Positions 41,932-56,200 of a stretch of 64,000 nt of DNA are shown piece after piece. Made by a program: the position numbers and the translations under genes. Every line of letters begins with the position of its first letter. The first letter of the stretch is position 1. This DNA comes from the human T2T-CHM13v2.0 reference genome, Homo sapiens. The stretch is taken from assembly GCF_009914755.1 (NCBI RefSeq), contig NC_060927.1, one strand, 5' to 3'. Under the pieces are notes generated by a model that saw nothing but the letters and a program-made list of their open reading frames with translations, had not been told where the DNA came from and made no database searches.

Positions 41932-42226
41932 CTTCCTTTTTTTTTGAGACAGAGTCTCACTTGTCCAGGCTGGAGTACAGTGGCGTGACCTCGGCTCACT
42001 GCAACCTCGCCTCCTGGGTTCTAGCGATTCTCCCACCTCAGCCTCCCGAGTAGCTGGGACTACAGGCATGCGCCACCATGCCCAGCTAATTTTTGTATTC
42101 TTAGTAGTGACAGGGTTTCACCATGTTGGCCAGGTTGGTCTCAAACTCCTGATCTCAAGTGATCCACCTGCCTTGGCCTCCCAAAGTGCTGGGATTACAG
42201 GCATGTGTGAGCCACCACGCCCAGCC
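41932..42226 (-). mobile_element. AluS
   Basis: Full-length antisense; TSD taatattaatttcttt on both sides. Confidence 0.95.
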
Positions 42227-43194
42227 AGTAATATTAATTTCTTTTGATCCATCAGACTTGTTTTTCTCTTCCCTCCACTAAGAATTCCTTTTAAGTCATG
42301 CCCCTTCAGGTCAGGAGAGCATTTCAGCAGAATGCCAGCCCACATCCTCTCTCCTTAGTCCACCACATTTCTGGATGCTGTGCCTGCAGAGGGAGCAGGG
42401 GACCATGAACTTGTATGCCAGACTCAGGGCCTGGGTGCCCAGCTCTGGGCTGACATGCTCCCTGCTTGCTTTTCTTTTCTATTCTTTTCTTTCTTTCTTT
42501 TGTGTTCAGACTCTGGTGACCCTCAGGACACTAGCTAGAACTGAGCTTCCATTTAAGTCTGGATCCTACGAAAATTTCTTAGAAATTCCCAAGCCTCAGC
42601 TCTCTGGACACAACCCATCAACCAGCAAAATGGATCCCCACCCAGTTACCTGTATCAACTCACCAAAAGGCAGGATGGGCTGTAGACCAGTTACAGGTTT
42701 CTTTCATTCTGTGGGTAGATGTGTGTGTCTCTAGCAGCCTTTTTGGAAAGAATGCTTGTATTCTACAGATGTCTCTGCCTTGGCAATTCTGTTCAACTCA
42801 AAAGTGGTAATCTATCATCCTCTGCTGAGAATTTACCCAGCAAGTGCCTGAAGAAAAAAAGCCATTTAGTTTTTGCTTCCACACATGAAATGGCTAACTC
42901 TTTTTAAGTGAGGCTTGGGGATTTAAGAGTTGGATATCAGATACCTGGATTTCATGGACCAGCAAAATGTAAAAAAAAACCACCACCACCACCACCAACA
43001 ACAACAAAAAAGCCCCAAAGTTGTGTAGTAACACAAAGCTGCAGGTTTTAATTTTGCTTTGTCAATATGTTAAGAAAACCAAAACAGAACAACTGGTATT
43101 TATTATCTCATCATCTCATAGAAAAATGGGCATCTTAACACTAAAATGTGGGAAGGTCATTATAGGAATAAAGGATAATCCTTTCAGTGAAATA

Positions 43195-44390
43195 CAGTCA
43201 TGCTCTGCATAACGATGTTCCAATCAACAATGAACCGCATATTCTTATGCGGTTTTTCCATAAGATTATAATGAAGCTAAAATATTCCAGCCACCTAGGC
43301 TGCAGCCATCCTGACATGTTAGTGCAACACATTACTCACGTGTTTGTGGTGATGCTGGTGTAAACAAGGCTGGCATCAACAGTCATATAAAAGTATAGCA
43401 CACACAATTATGTACAGTACAAAATACTTGATGATAACTATGTTACTGGTTTATGTACTGTACTATACTTTTATCATTATTTTAGAGTGTACTCCATCTA
43501 CTTATTGAAAAGAAAATTTAGCTGTAACACAGCCTCAGGCAGGTCCTTCAGGAGGTGTCCAGAAGAAGGCATTGCTATCATAGGAGATGACAGCTCCATG
43601 CCTGTTATTGCCCCTGAAGACCTTCCAGTGGGACAAGAGGTGGAGGTAGAAGATGGGGATATTGATAATCCTGACCCTGTGTAGGTCTAGGCTAATGTGG
43701 GTGTTTGTGTCTTCGTTTTTAACAAAAAAGTTTAAAAAGTAAAATAAAAAAATTAAAAATTTTAAAAGTAGAAAAAAGCTAATAAAGATATAAAGAAAAT
43801 ATTTTTGTACAGCTGTACGATGTGTTTATATTTTAAGTCATGTTACTACAGAAGAATCAAAAGGTTAAAAAAATTAAAAGTTTATAAAAGTCACAGTTAG
43901 CTTAGATATTTATTATTGAAGAAATACATTTTAAAAAATAAATTTAGTGTAGCCTAAGTGTATAGTGCTTCTAAAGTGTACAGGAATATCCTAGGCCTTC
44001 ACATTCACTCACCGCTTACTCACTAACTCACCTAGGGCAACTTCCAGTCCTGCAAGCTCCATTCATGGTGAGTGCCCTATACAGGAGTTCCATTTTTAAT
44101 CTTCTATACCATACTTTCCGATATCTTTTCTATGTTTAGGTATGTTTAGATAAATAAATACTTACCATTGTGTTACAGTTGCCTACAGTATTCAGTAGTC
44201 ACATGCTGTACAGGTTTGCAGCCTAGGAACACTGGGCTGTCCCATATAGCCTTGGTGTGTAGTAGGCTATGCTATGTACACACTCTAGGTGTGTGTAAAT
44301 ACACTCTATGGTGTTCACACAACAACCAAATCTTGTAATAACACATTTTTTTAGAACATAGTATCCCTGTTATTAAATGACACACAAATA
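43195..44390 (+). mobile_element. Tigger3b (TcMar-Tigger), near full length
   Basis: Starts ta|cagtcatg..cataacga; internal cattactcacgtgtttgtggtgatgctggtgtaaacaa and ctgaagaccttccagtgggacaaga; degenerate right TIR followed by ta. Confidence 0.88.
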
Positions 44391-44849
44391 TACATATAAC
44401 TTTATAGAAAATACTATACACACTGATTTTCCTCATTTTGCCTTGGACTGGTGAAGGTATGCTGTCCTAGATGGGCTGCTCTGCTATTGACATTTGGTGG
44501 CCTCAGGAACAGTTAACAGGAAGATTCAGTCCACCCACTGCTCAAATCCTGTGACAAGACAGTTGGTGGATGCTTTGCATTCAACATACTCAAAATACCA
44601 AAACTTGAATTCTCAAGTAGCTCTTTTGAAAAAGTGCCTGAGGTATTGCTAGCTGTATTTGGGTTCCTTCCCTGTAAGAGGGTCCACATGCTTACCCCCT
44701 CCTCTGTTTTCATTCCCTTTTCTTCTTTTGTGTCTTCTGATACCTTTGTTATATTCTTTTTATTCTGAGAAATAATAGAAAAATATAAGGAGAAAAATAA
44801 GGTTTTCCAGTGAATGCATCTCATAGGGAATGCATAGTTAAAATCCCAA

Positions 44850-45925
<1,076 letters not shown>

Positions 45926-46854
45926 TTCTTATTTTCCCTTCTTTCTACATCTTATTCTCATCTGTCTCTTCACTTGTCTCCCCCAGTGTGGTCCTAGAGA
46001 CTGGGAGAGAGGTGGGAGGCATGGCCAGGGTCGGGGAGTGGGTTGTGTTCCTGTCTGGCTTCTAGTAACTCCACCATTATATTCAGAGAAAAATCTTCTT
46101 AGTAGTTTCCATTATAGTTGCCATCAGTTGTAACTTCACAAATAATTGCTGGTGTTATTTGGACCAGTGACTCCCTAGGTTAGCAGATTGGAGAGGGCTC
46201 CCTGCAGCCTTCACGTTTCATCTCAAGACGGTGGGCTGGAAGGTCCCCCCATTCCAGCAGCAGTGATATTCTGCATGGCAGGGCAGGAGGAGTCTGCTTC
46301 CTACTACACTGACATTAGGAAACTATTTTCAAATGCCTATGAGGTCCGATGCTATTTACAATGCATAGAAATGAGTTTGACTTCTGTCATCAGCTGATTT
46401 TGTAATTCACTTTGTTTGCTTTTCCTTGTCATAGGATGTTTCCTTAGAAGAGGGTTTTTTTTCTCTTGTTCAGGATGTGGTTATCAGCAGAGAGGTGTGT
46501 GGTCAGGGAATGTGGTGGTAGCGAGTACACAGAGGAAAGAATGGCACAGTTCCACTGTCCCCCACTCACCTTTCTTCTTGTGTGTGGTCGGTGGCTGTAT
46601 GTGCACCTACCATCATCACATTACTTAGCAAACCCAGTTGTCCTGTGGTTCCACTTCATGGAAGACCCTATTCTCTGCTCTAGCACTGAACCCTCCAGAA
46701 GACATTTTAAAGAATGCTAAAATGGGGCTAAGCTCATAAATTAGCCAGCAGTATTATGTTAAAAATCATCCTTGCTTACTTCCCATTGTCTCTTGACTCT
46801 TACAAGTCCAAGAGTATGCAGAGTTTTTTGTTTGGGGAACCCAGTAGTGAGAAG

Positions 46855-47364
46855 CAGTGTTTTTGATCCTGTTGTTTGTTTACAAGATTTGGGGGTCCCT
46901 AGCTTTAGTGCTCTGGAGCTCTCTTAAAAAAATCAGATTCTTGGCCAGACGCTGTGACTCACGCCTGTAATCCCAGCACTTTGGGAGGCCGAGGCAGGTG
47001 GATCACTTGAGCTCAGGAGTTCAAGACCAGCCCAGGCAACATGGCAAAACCCTGTGTCTACCAAAAATACAAAACATTAGCCAGGCATGGTGGTGCATGC
47101 TTGTGGTCCCAGCTACTCAGGAGGCTAAGGTAGGAGGATCACTTGAGCCCAGGCAGCGGAGGTTGCAGTGAGCTGCGATTGCACCACTGTACTCCAACCT
47201 GGATGACAGAGACCCCATCTCACAAAAACAAGCAAACAAAAACATGAGATTCCTGGCTCTGTTTCTGAAGTTTCTAACTCTGGGTCCAGAGTCAGACTCA
47301 GGTATCTGCATGTTAACAAGCACCCAAGGTGACTCTTATCCACAGTAAAGTTTGAGGACCACTG
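46855..47364. mobile_element. MER5-type hAT MITE split by an Alu
   Basis: tctgcatgttaacaagcacccaaggtgactcttat...aagtttgaggaccactg terminus; left boundary approximate. Confidence 0.7.
46943..47243 (+). mobile_element. AluJb-like
   Basis: acttgagctcaggagttc, aggatcacttgagcccagg; degenerate TSD (..agattc). Confidence 0.92.
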
Positions 47365-49607
47365 TCTTAGGGAACCGCCTTCATTTGGCTGAACGAACTT
47401 TAGAGCATCAGCTTTTCTAATCCTACAGTTTCCAAGGACAAGCAGAAATCCCTATCTGACCATTTTGATGGAATCCTCACTCCCAAGAATACATGTTCAC
47501 TGCCCTTTCTCCACCTCTTTTCCTCTCTCCTGTTTCTTCTTTCCCTCTGGCTGCAAGGTGCCCCACACTCCTGTGGTCTGGAAGGAATGGAGCCATGTGC
47601 ACACTTAACTTATTTTTCATGCATTCCAGAGAGAGGGAGTTGGAGCAAGAGTGCTATAGGCAAGATACTTCTAGTTATTTTCTAACTACCTTCCATGCAT
47701 TCAAATCACCGATTTTAATGGATGCTAAAGCTACTGCTGGGAAGAGGGTAGGAGATGGAAGGAGGAAGAATCTTGGCTAAATATCTTGAAGATGGAGCAA
47801 TTAATTTAGTTTTCCCTTAGCCAGACATATTTTTTTTCTTCCAGTCTCATTTCACTTGTGGGCATGGTAATCTTCACTGTTGGCCTGCCATTCATTCTTG
47901 TTTTTAAAATCATGCACAATATGTTACGTTAGCAACACTTTGCACAAACAGAAAATAAGGTTTATTGCCGATATTTTTAGCTATTGTCATTTTTGCTGCT
48001 CTCTCTCCTTACTTTCATTTAAAATGATGAACTGCAAACAATCCAAATAATATTTTCAAGCTATTTTCAGATCCTGGCGACAATTGACTACTATGGGTGC
48101 TCCCCAGGAGACTGCCTGTCAGTGTGGAACTAAAGAACAACAATAGCAGATTTGTAACCAAGGGGTAGTCTCAGGAATGTGAATAGCAAATTAGGGGGTG
48201 TAGGTTTGGACATCAGGGACTGGGGGATGGTTAACTTATTGACACACAGGGATGATGTTGTTTATTTAGAAAGGGAGTCACAGTTCAGTTTTCCTTTGAA
48301 CTTTTTCAAAAGAGCTGGCTTCCAGACAGAGGGAAATGGAATACAGCTAGAGTTGTCTGTTTTCATAAACTTTAAACTTGCTTTGTTGCCAGTCCTGTTT
48401 TTAAAACTTGCCTTAGGAAAACATAAGGCGTGTTTAATATTCTGCTCTGAATGATCTTGATACTCATTTTGATATGTTTTTGGTCCCCATTGATTTTGAA
48501 AACGCTAAACACCACAAATACTTGACATTCGGAAGGGCAAGCGAGGGATTAAAACTCAATCTCTGCCTCCTGCTTGACGTCATCTTTGAAGAGATGAGAA
48601 CGTACAAGTAAGCAGAATTCTTATAGTTGGAATAAAACATGATTAGAACATTTGGAGAAGGAGATGTGATATGACTGAGGGAAATGTGAACAACATAGAA
48701 ATAAACACATTTGCCTAACACTTTTCATATCTTATGATGCATTTTATAAATTGGTGCATGGGCAATGGCCTGCCTATGTATTTATCTCCCACCCTGTGTG
48801 TTTTCCCCAAATGTAACCATTTATAGACATACAAGGACGTATGGGAGAGCGAGCAAAAGCTTGTACAAATCACTAACAACCACGTGAATGCAGGCGGCCC
48901 TGCAAGGACTTCAGAGTGGAATTATTGAAATCATAGGAGACATTTAGGTAAGAAGGGTGTAATTACCGTTATTATTTAGTGATTACTGGTGCTGACAGTG
49001 TGCTTCATTGAAAAGACAGAGGAAGACCCTGAACCTGCTCAGAAGTCTTAAGACGAAAATAAGACCAAGGCATCAAGCCATGACAGAACCCAAGTCATAG
49101 GGAGCTGGTGGCATCTGGTTTCCAGTTTCAAAAACTGTTCCTTTGGCCCCATGCCAGCCTCTCTCTGATAGGATGCTTGGGAGACCTAGCAGGCAAGAGA
49201 GAATCAGGAGGAGGAAGAAGACTGCATGGGATGCTGGAGGAGCAAGGGGGAAGGGGCTGGAGGTCAGAGGGAGGCTCATCTCTCCAGTCCCGGGCATCTG
49301 CTGAGCTCCTTCTTTAATGGGGCAGAAGAGTGTCCCATGCTTGTCATGATTAAGCAAAGTCTTTCCATCCTTTGGGAAACAGCCTGCTTCCCCCCAGTCA
49401 CTAACAAGTTGTTCAGAAGCCAGCGTTTCCTTCTTGCCCCTTCTCCTCTTCCCTGTGACAATGTATGTCTCACTCTTAGTTTTACGTCCTGCTGCCTTGT
49501 GTTTATGTCTTATCTTCTCCGTGAGACTAGCAGCATTTTAATATAAGGGCACACCCCATTTATTGTTCTATTTCTCAGCAGTGATTCTTCTGAATTGGGA
49601 CTTTTAT

Positions 49608-49770
49608 CAGACTGGATTTTGGTTCCAGCTTGCTGTGTTCCTTTGGGTGAGTGATTTAACCACTCTATGCCTCCGTTTGTAGCCTATATAAAATGAGGAT
49701 AGTAATATTGACTTCATCCTGGCTGCCGTGAGATTAAATGGAAAGTACTTAATATGTGCTAAATAATATT
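49608..49770 (+). mobile_element. MIR SINE
   Basis: gtgatttaaccactctatgcctccgttt...taaaatgaggatagtaata...gtgagattaaatg. Confidence 0.75.
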
Positions 49771-50289
49771 AATTTGGCTTTTCCTCTATCCCTTTGGGCC
49801 TCACCACACAGTAAGGGTGCTTACTGGACAGTTTATATTCTTACTAAATGAATAACCCAAACTATGCCAACCCAAACAACCATATTAACCATGAGGTTAA
49901 ATCGTGTGTTTGTGTGGGTGCTGATGTGCTTTTAACCTGTGCGTGACACAGGTACACACAAGGTTGTCCCTCCTGGGTTTCCTTAGGGAGCAGAATCCAC
50001 TCCTAGCATTTATTATCTACGTGCACTACCTAGTCATAGCCCCTGGCTAAGAAGAAGCTAACAGATTGACCTAGCTATTACAACGTGTAAGTGATAGATC
50101 CAGAATTTGAATTCAGGACAGTCTATAACTCCCAGCTCACTTTCACCTTCACGACTCATGGAACATCTCAAGTGTTTGCTGGGTGAGTGCTAAGTAATCA
50201 TTCTCATCCAAATGTGGCTTTTCCCACTGATACTGATTTCTTTGTTTATTTATGCTCTCCTGTCTATTTTCCTCATATTCCAGAGGTGA

Positions 50290-50499
50290 CTGAGCTGCCC
50301 AACATGGTGGCCATCAGCCACTTGTGGCCACTTAAAATTCACATTTAATTTAATTAAAATTAAACCAAATTAAAAATTCAATTCCTTAGTTGCACCAACC
50401 AAATTTCAAGTGTTTTAATAATCCCATTAGCTGGTGACAACCATGTCAGCACAAATATATAATATTTTCATCATTGAAGAAAGTTCTGTTGGACATTGT
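50290..50499 (-). mobile_element. MER3 (hAT-Charlie MITE)
   Basis: agccacttgtggcca, taattaaaattaaa...aaaaattca, catcattgaagaaagttctgttggaca. Confidence 0.82.
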
Positions 50500-50659
50500 T
50501 TCTCCAGAGGATGTTTCAAATAAGTGACAGTCAAGATGCCAAGTTTTTATTTTTATTTTTAATATGTATGGTTATAGCCTTAGAATTTTATAATTTATGA
50601 GACTTGAATCAATAACCAGTTGGTAGAAGAATGGTAAATAGTTATACTATAGGAATATT

Positions 50660-50885
50660 AAGTTTTTATTTAGTTGACTTTATCCTATGCATTGGGCTCT
50701 ATGCAAAGTGCTTTCCAGGAGTTGCCTCATGTAATTGTCATGGCAGCCCTGTGAGACAGGAGCTATCACTAGTCCCTTTGTATAGGGCTGGAAAACTACT
50801 TGCCCAAGTCTCAAAACTGTTCAGTGAAAAAACGAAGACCTAACACCAATTCATTAGACTCCAGAGCTATAGGCTTAGCCATTGA
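50660..50885 (-). mobile_element. MIR SINE
   Basis: aagtgcttt...cagccctgtgagacagg...acttgcccaag...gactccagagc. Confidence 0.7.
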
Positions 50886-51466
50886 ACCACCTCCCTCTGA
50901 GAGTCCCAGCATATTCTCAAAAAGTAAGAGCCATCAGTAATTATTCTAAAAGCAGAGGCTGCAGAATTCTCTGTTCTAAATTTAAATGGAACTGGGCCAT
51001 ATTGGATGAAAGAAATCAGGTTCTTTTCATGAGTGCTTGTCAAGTGCCTCTGATTCCTAAAAGAAACCAATTTGGCCACTGATCTGAAGTTTCTTTCTAG
51101 GCTTTACAAGTCATCTCTAATCCTATAATTTGTCTTTATTTCTACCAACTAAGATGTGTGCACTCCACCAAAAAAGATCATCTAATGTTTGAAAGTGGAT
51201 CAGAAGCAAATTATATGAGAAACTGGTTTGTGTCATTAAAGCTTTGAAAACTAGTGATCTTAATGAAAGTAAAATCAACCCTACCATGTACAGGAAGCCT
51301 AATAGTTGTTTGTAAGGAATTTCAAGGAGTCTACTGAGATTTCCCCCTCCATCCTCTCTATATCTAATATATCTAGCTCCTGTTCACAAGGATGTGCTTG
51401 AAAGATGTAAATATGTGTTATAAATGTTTTTTTCCCTACAAAAGGTCATTTAAAAGTTTTAGGTTG

Positions 51467-53216
51467 TAGGAATACAGCTACCGAGGGAGGTGAAATATCT
51501 CTACAACACGAATTACAAAACGCTGCTGAAAGAAATCAGAGACAACAACAAACAAATGGGAAAACACTTTATGCTCATGGATGGGAAGAATCAATGTTGT
51601 TAAAATGGCCATACTGCCCAAAGCAATTTATAGATTCAGTGCCATCCCTATCAAACTACTAATGTCATTTTTCACAGAACTAGAATAAACTATTCTAAAA
51701 TTTTCATGGAACCAAAAATGAGTCTGAATAGCCAAAGCAATCTTAAGCCGAAAGAATAAAGCCCGAGACATCACACTACATCACACTGTAGTATAGACTT
51801 CAAACTAAACCTCAAGGCTGCAGTAACCAAAACAGCATGGTACTGGTACAAAAGCAGACACAGACCAATGGAACAGGTCAGAGAACCTAGAAATAAAGCC
51901 ACACACCTACAACCATCTGATCTTCAACCAAGTCAACAATAACAAGCAATGGGGAAAGGACTCCCTATTCAAAAATAAATGGTGCTGGGATAATTGGCTA
52001 TCTGCATGCAAAAGATTGAAACCAGGCCCTTTCTTTTCACCATACACAAAAATCAACTCAAGATGGATTAAAGACTTAAAAGTAAAACCTAAAATTGTAA
52101 AAACCCTAGAAGAAAACCTAAGAAATAACCATTCTGGACATAGGCCTTGGGAAAGAATTTGTGATGAAAACTCTCAAAAGCAATTGCAACAAAAACATTG
52201 ACAAGTGGGACCTAACTAAACTGAAGAGCTTCTGCACAGCAAAAGAAGTTATCAACAAAGTAAACAGACAGAATGGGAGAAAATATTTGCAAACTGTGCA
52301 TCTGACGAAGTCTAATGTCCAGGGAATCTATAAGGAACTTAAACTTAAGGAACTTAAACCACTCCATTAAAAAATGAACAGAGGACATGAACAGACACTT
52401 CTCAAAAAAAGACATGTGCATGGCCAACAAGCATATGAAAAAATGCTCAACATCACTAATGATTACAGAAATGTAAATCAAAACCACTATGAGATACCAT
52501 CTCACCAGTCAGAATGGCTGTCATTAAAAAGTTTAAAAATAACAGATGTTAGGTTGCAGAGGAAAAGGGAGTGCTTATACACTGCTGGTCTGAAAGTAGT
52601 TTAGCCACTGTGGAAAGCAGTTGGAGATTTCTCAGAGAACTTAGAACAGAACTACTATTCAACCCAGCAATCAAAGTACTGAAAGTATACCCAAAAGAAT
52701 ATAAATCATTCTGCCAAAAAGACACATGCTTTCATGAGTGCTCCTTTTCACAAGAGCAAAGACATGGAATCAATGTAGATGCCTGTAAATGGTGGATTGG
52801 ATAAAGAAAATGTGGTACATACACATCATGGAATACTACATAGCCATAAAAAGAATGAAATCACATCCTTTGCAGCAACATGGATGCAGCTGGAAGCCAT
52901 TATCCTAAGCAAATTAATATAGGAACAGAAAACCAAATCCTACATGTTTTCATTTATAAGTGGGAGCTAAACATTGAGTACACATGGACACAAAGAGGGG
53001 AACGATAGACACCGGGGCTTATATGAGGGTGGAGGGTGGGAGGAGGGTGAGGATCACAAAACTATCCACCTGGTATTGTGCTCACTACTTGGGTAATGAA
53101 ATAATTCGTACACCAAACGCCAGTGACATGCAATTTACTCATGTAACAAACTTGCACATGTACCCCCTGAACTTAAATTAAAAGTTGGAAGAAAAAAAAA
53201 GGATAAAAAAATAAAT
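51467..53216 (+). mobile_element. 5'-truncated L1PA15/16-like LINE-1 (decayed ORF2 C-terminus + 3'UTR + A tail)
   Basis: ORF2 remnants ([28 protein letters not shown]); L1PA 3'UTR; TSD aaaagttttaggttg at 51452-51466 and 53217-53231 at a TT/AAAA endonuclease site. Confidence 0.95.
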
Positions 53217-56200
53217 AAAAGTTTTAGGTTGGACAAGGTGCCACAGAGTTTATTTGTATTAACCTACATGTGATTCATTTTATCCATTTGGAGCTAGAAT
53301 TTACTTATAAGAATTTTACAGGCCTAATCCTACTCAAACAAACTAAATGTAAAAGTAGTTTCTAGATTCTTGGGTGGTATTACATTTTTTTAAGGATAAC
53401 TAGTGTCCCTACAATTGGAATGGTGGCCACCTTTTGTTATTCACATGTTTAGTTTTGGACAAAAGTATTCCTGAAAGCATCTTGCTCAGCGCTGGCCACA
53501 TAGTGAAGGTTCAATAAACGTTGACTCTCCTCCTACCAGGTTTTGATTGGAATGACCTAAAATCCCCCTACAATTATCCCATCTTTGTAAGGTCTCATTT
53601 TCTTTTCAATATTTAGGAAGAAGGTGCCACATGAAAAGCTATCAAGTTTAAACCTTGTTCATACCTTCACACTGATGTTGTATCATGAGTGTCACCCAAG
53701 CGCCAAGTTGCAAAATGTCGGCAAGCTCACAGTAGAGCACAAAGGAAAGTGATGGTTAGATAATGAAACAAGGGCTTTGGGATGTAAGCAGAGATACTAA
53801 CAGAGAGCCGCATTTGTTTGTAGCACTTTTAACTACTCAAGGAATCTTGAGGTGACTTAATTTGTAGTTCAGACCCCTACCTCTACCCCTAGTTAATCAC
53901 AGGGGTGATGAAAAATACTACATGCTGTCTTTCTTTTCCTAAGCTCTCTTTAATCTTGATCTTTGAAAAGCAAGTGGTTTTTCTTGTGCAAACAGCTTCA
54001 TAGAAATGTCAAATCTGGCACCCACAGTCTATGCTGAAGGGGGAGACTTGGTACAAAAGGCTCAGTGCTCAGGGCCCAGGCTTTGAAATGACTCCAGCTG
54101 TATTGCCAATGCAAATGCAGGAGGGGAAAAATTACTGGAACAAATTGAAAGGTTATTCAGACTGGAATTTAGAATCTCAATAAAAAAGGCTTTTATAAGC
54201 CAAAGCCTTGGAGTAACCGGATCATTTAAAAATACATCTTTTCTGCATTAAATGTGGTGTGACAGCCACATTAGAAATGCTGCAGTTTAAGTATGTTCCT
54301 TAAACATTTTTAACTGACTTGTAAGGACAGCTAAAACCTTCTATTGGGGGGACACTGGATCCCCAGTTCATACATAGTTTCCATTTCTTTATTTTTCCCT
54401 CTTTTTTTTAATACCTGGCTAATAGGTTTTTGCCTTTTCCCTGTGTTGATTGCTGCAGGCTCAGGGATCTCTGTGAGCTGCATGTCTTGATAAAAATTTG
54501 TTGAGCTAGTCATTTTCTTTTTTGACTTGCCAGAGAACAGTCTTCCTGATCACTCAGACGTTGGTGATAGGAACAGCACAGCTGTACGGGGGTGGAATCC
54601 CTTTAACAAGAGGTGTTTAGGCCAAGAGACACAAATATTAATATACCCCATCTAACATGAGGCAGTGTCACAGATGTGGGACTCCTTCCTATTGTTTAAA
54701 ATCTGTTATTTCATGATCTTTTGAAAGATATGATCCAAGTCCAGTTGTTCTTGGTGTGCATTGCAGTTTTCCACCCCTACCTCCCTCCTACCCAACACCA
54801 TTACTTCCTTGACCCAAAAAGGAGATTCTCTACCCCCCACCCCCATTTCTACAGGGAAACAACCCTGTAGAGAGTGGAGAGTGCATTGAAGTCAAAGTAA
54901 TGGACTTTCCTGGGGGGCTTTCTGCATTCTCTGAGCTCTGCTGGGTACAGAGCTACTGTGGACCATGGAGTGTAGCTGGCCCAGCCCCTGCACTGTCATC
55001 TGCACGGGTCTTCCTGCCTGATTATTTCCAAAAATGGCTCAGTCTCCAAAAGATTAAGTTCATTGTTTTTAATTTGTGAAATATTTCAAATGTACTGAGT
55101 ACCCACTATCTGGATTTAGCAAATATTCACATTTTGCCATATCAATTTCAATTCTTTGGCCTTATTTTAAATCCTCACTTCCTTTCTCCTTCTCTAGGGG
55201 TCACATTATTTCCTTTCCCAGCAAAGTTAGCTCTTGGTGCTGCCAGATTATATTGTTTGTGTCAGTGTCTTAGGAGTTATATCATTGAACTAGAATTATA
55301 AGGTAACTTATCTGTAGCCTATTCTAGATTCCTCACTTGTTGAGAAGAAAAACTTGGCCTTTGTAAAGACGTTGTCCCCAGCCCCTGGTAACATGCCAGT
55401 GCTGCAATTGGTTCTCACAGGTTTTTTCTTGTTGTTCTGATTTGCTCCTTTGTTTGTTTTGAGTGAAGGGATGACTTCACAGTAGAAAAATCCAAGGACT
55501 CAAGGGTTATAGATAACACATTGACAGACTTTCTTCTTATTGAGGTTCAATATTTTTAATGAGTATTTTAGCACAGGATTGTAGAGTTATTTAATTCAAC
55601 AGTTTGGGCCTCCCAATGTTCCTATAACTAAAAGCTTTGAATTAACCCTGTTTGATATCTGATATAATTATAGCATAATAGGGCATCTTCCTGGTTAGAA
55701 GAGTATAAGTTGCTTCAAATAATGTGCTGATCCTAACTTAATGAGTTTTGATTTGCTATGCGGATATGTGTCTGAAGCCTATTGTCTTGTTCATACTAGA
55801 AAGCAGACTTGGTCTGAGACAAGCACTTCAGTGATACTGACTCTCATGCCTCATAAAGTGATGATGGAGATGCTATGCATGGCCCCTCTTCTCCTCGTAT
55901 AGTTCTCATAAAACAATAGAATGATCTGTTCCGGCTTCTGTGCTCCTTTGAGGCAGTATCACTAGCCCATATGTTTTAAGAACCATCTTGTTCACACACC
56001 ATAAGGCCAAATCAACTGGAGCCTCATTCCCACATTGAAGTCCAGTTCTTCCATGGATCCAGCATTCCTTTGACTAGAAGCATTTGCGTGAAGACCCAGC
56101 AGTGCACTATTTTGATGTATCCAAGTAAAGTCATCTTTTAACATAAGGAGATACCTTCTTGCACTTTCTTCAGCTGAGATGGAGTTTGGGGATGGCCATG

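Noticed and set aside
51769-52350. Micro-duplications inside L1PA (catcacact x2; aaggaacttaaac x2)
   Set aside because: Ordinary slippage in a dead element.
52016-53181. Short ORFs resembling L1 ORF2p
   Set aside because: Frameshifted pieces of a 5'-truncated L1PA copy.
54848-54871. 9-bp hairpin tctacaggg-aaacaa-ccctgtaga (similar short stems at ~3900 and ~58250)
   Set aside because: Stems of this length are near chance expectation, with no supporting context.
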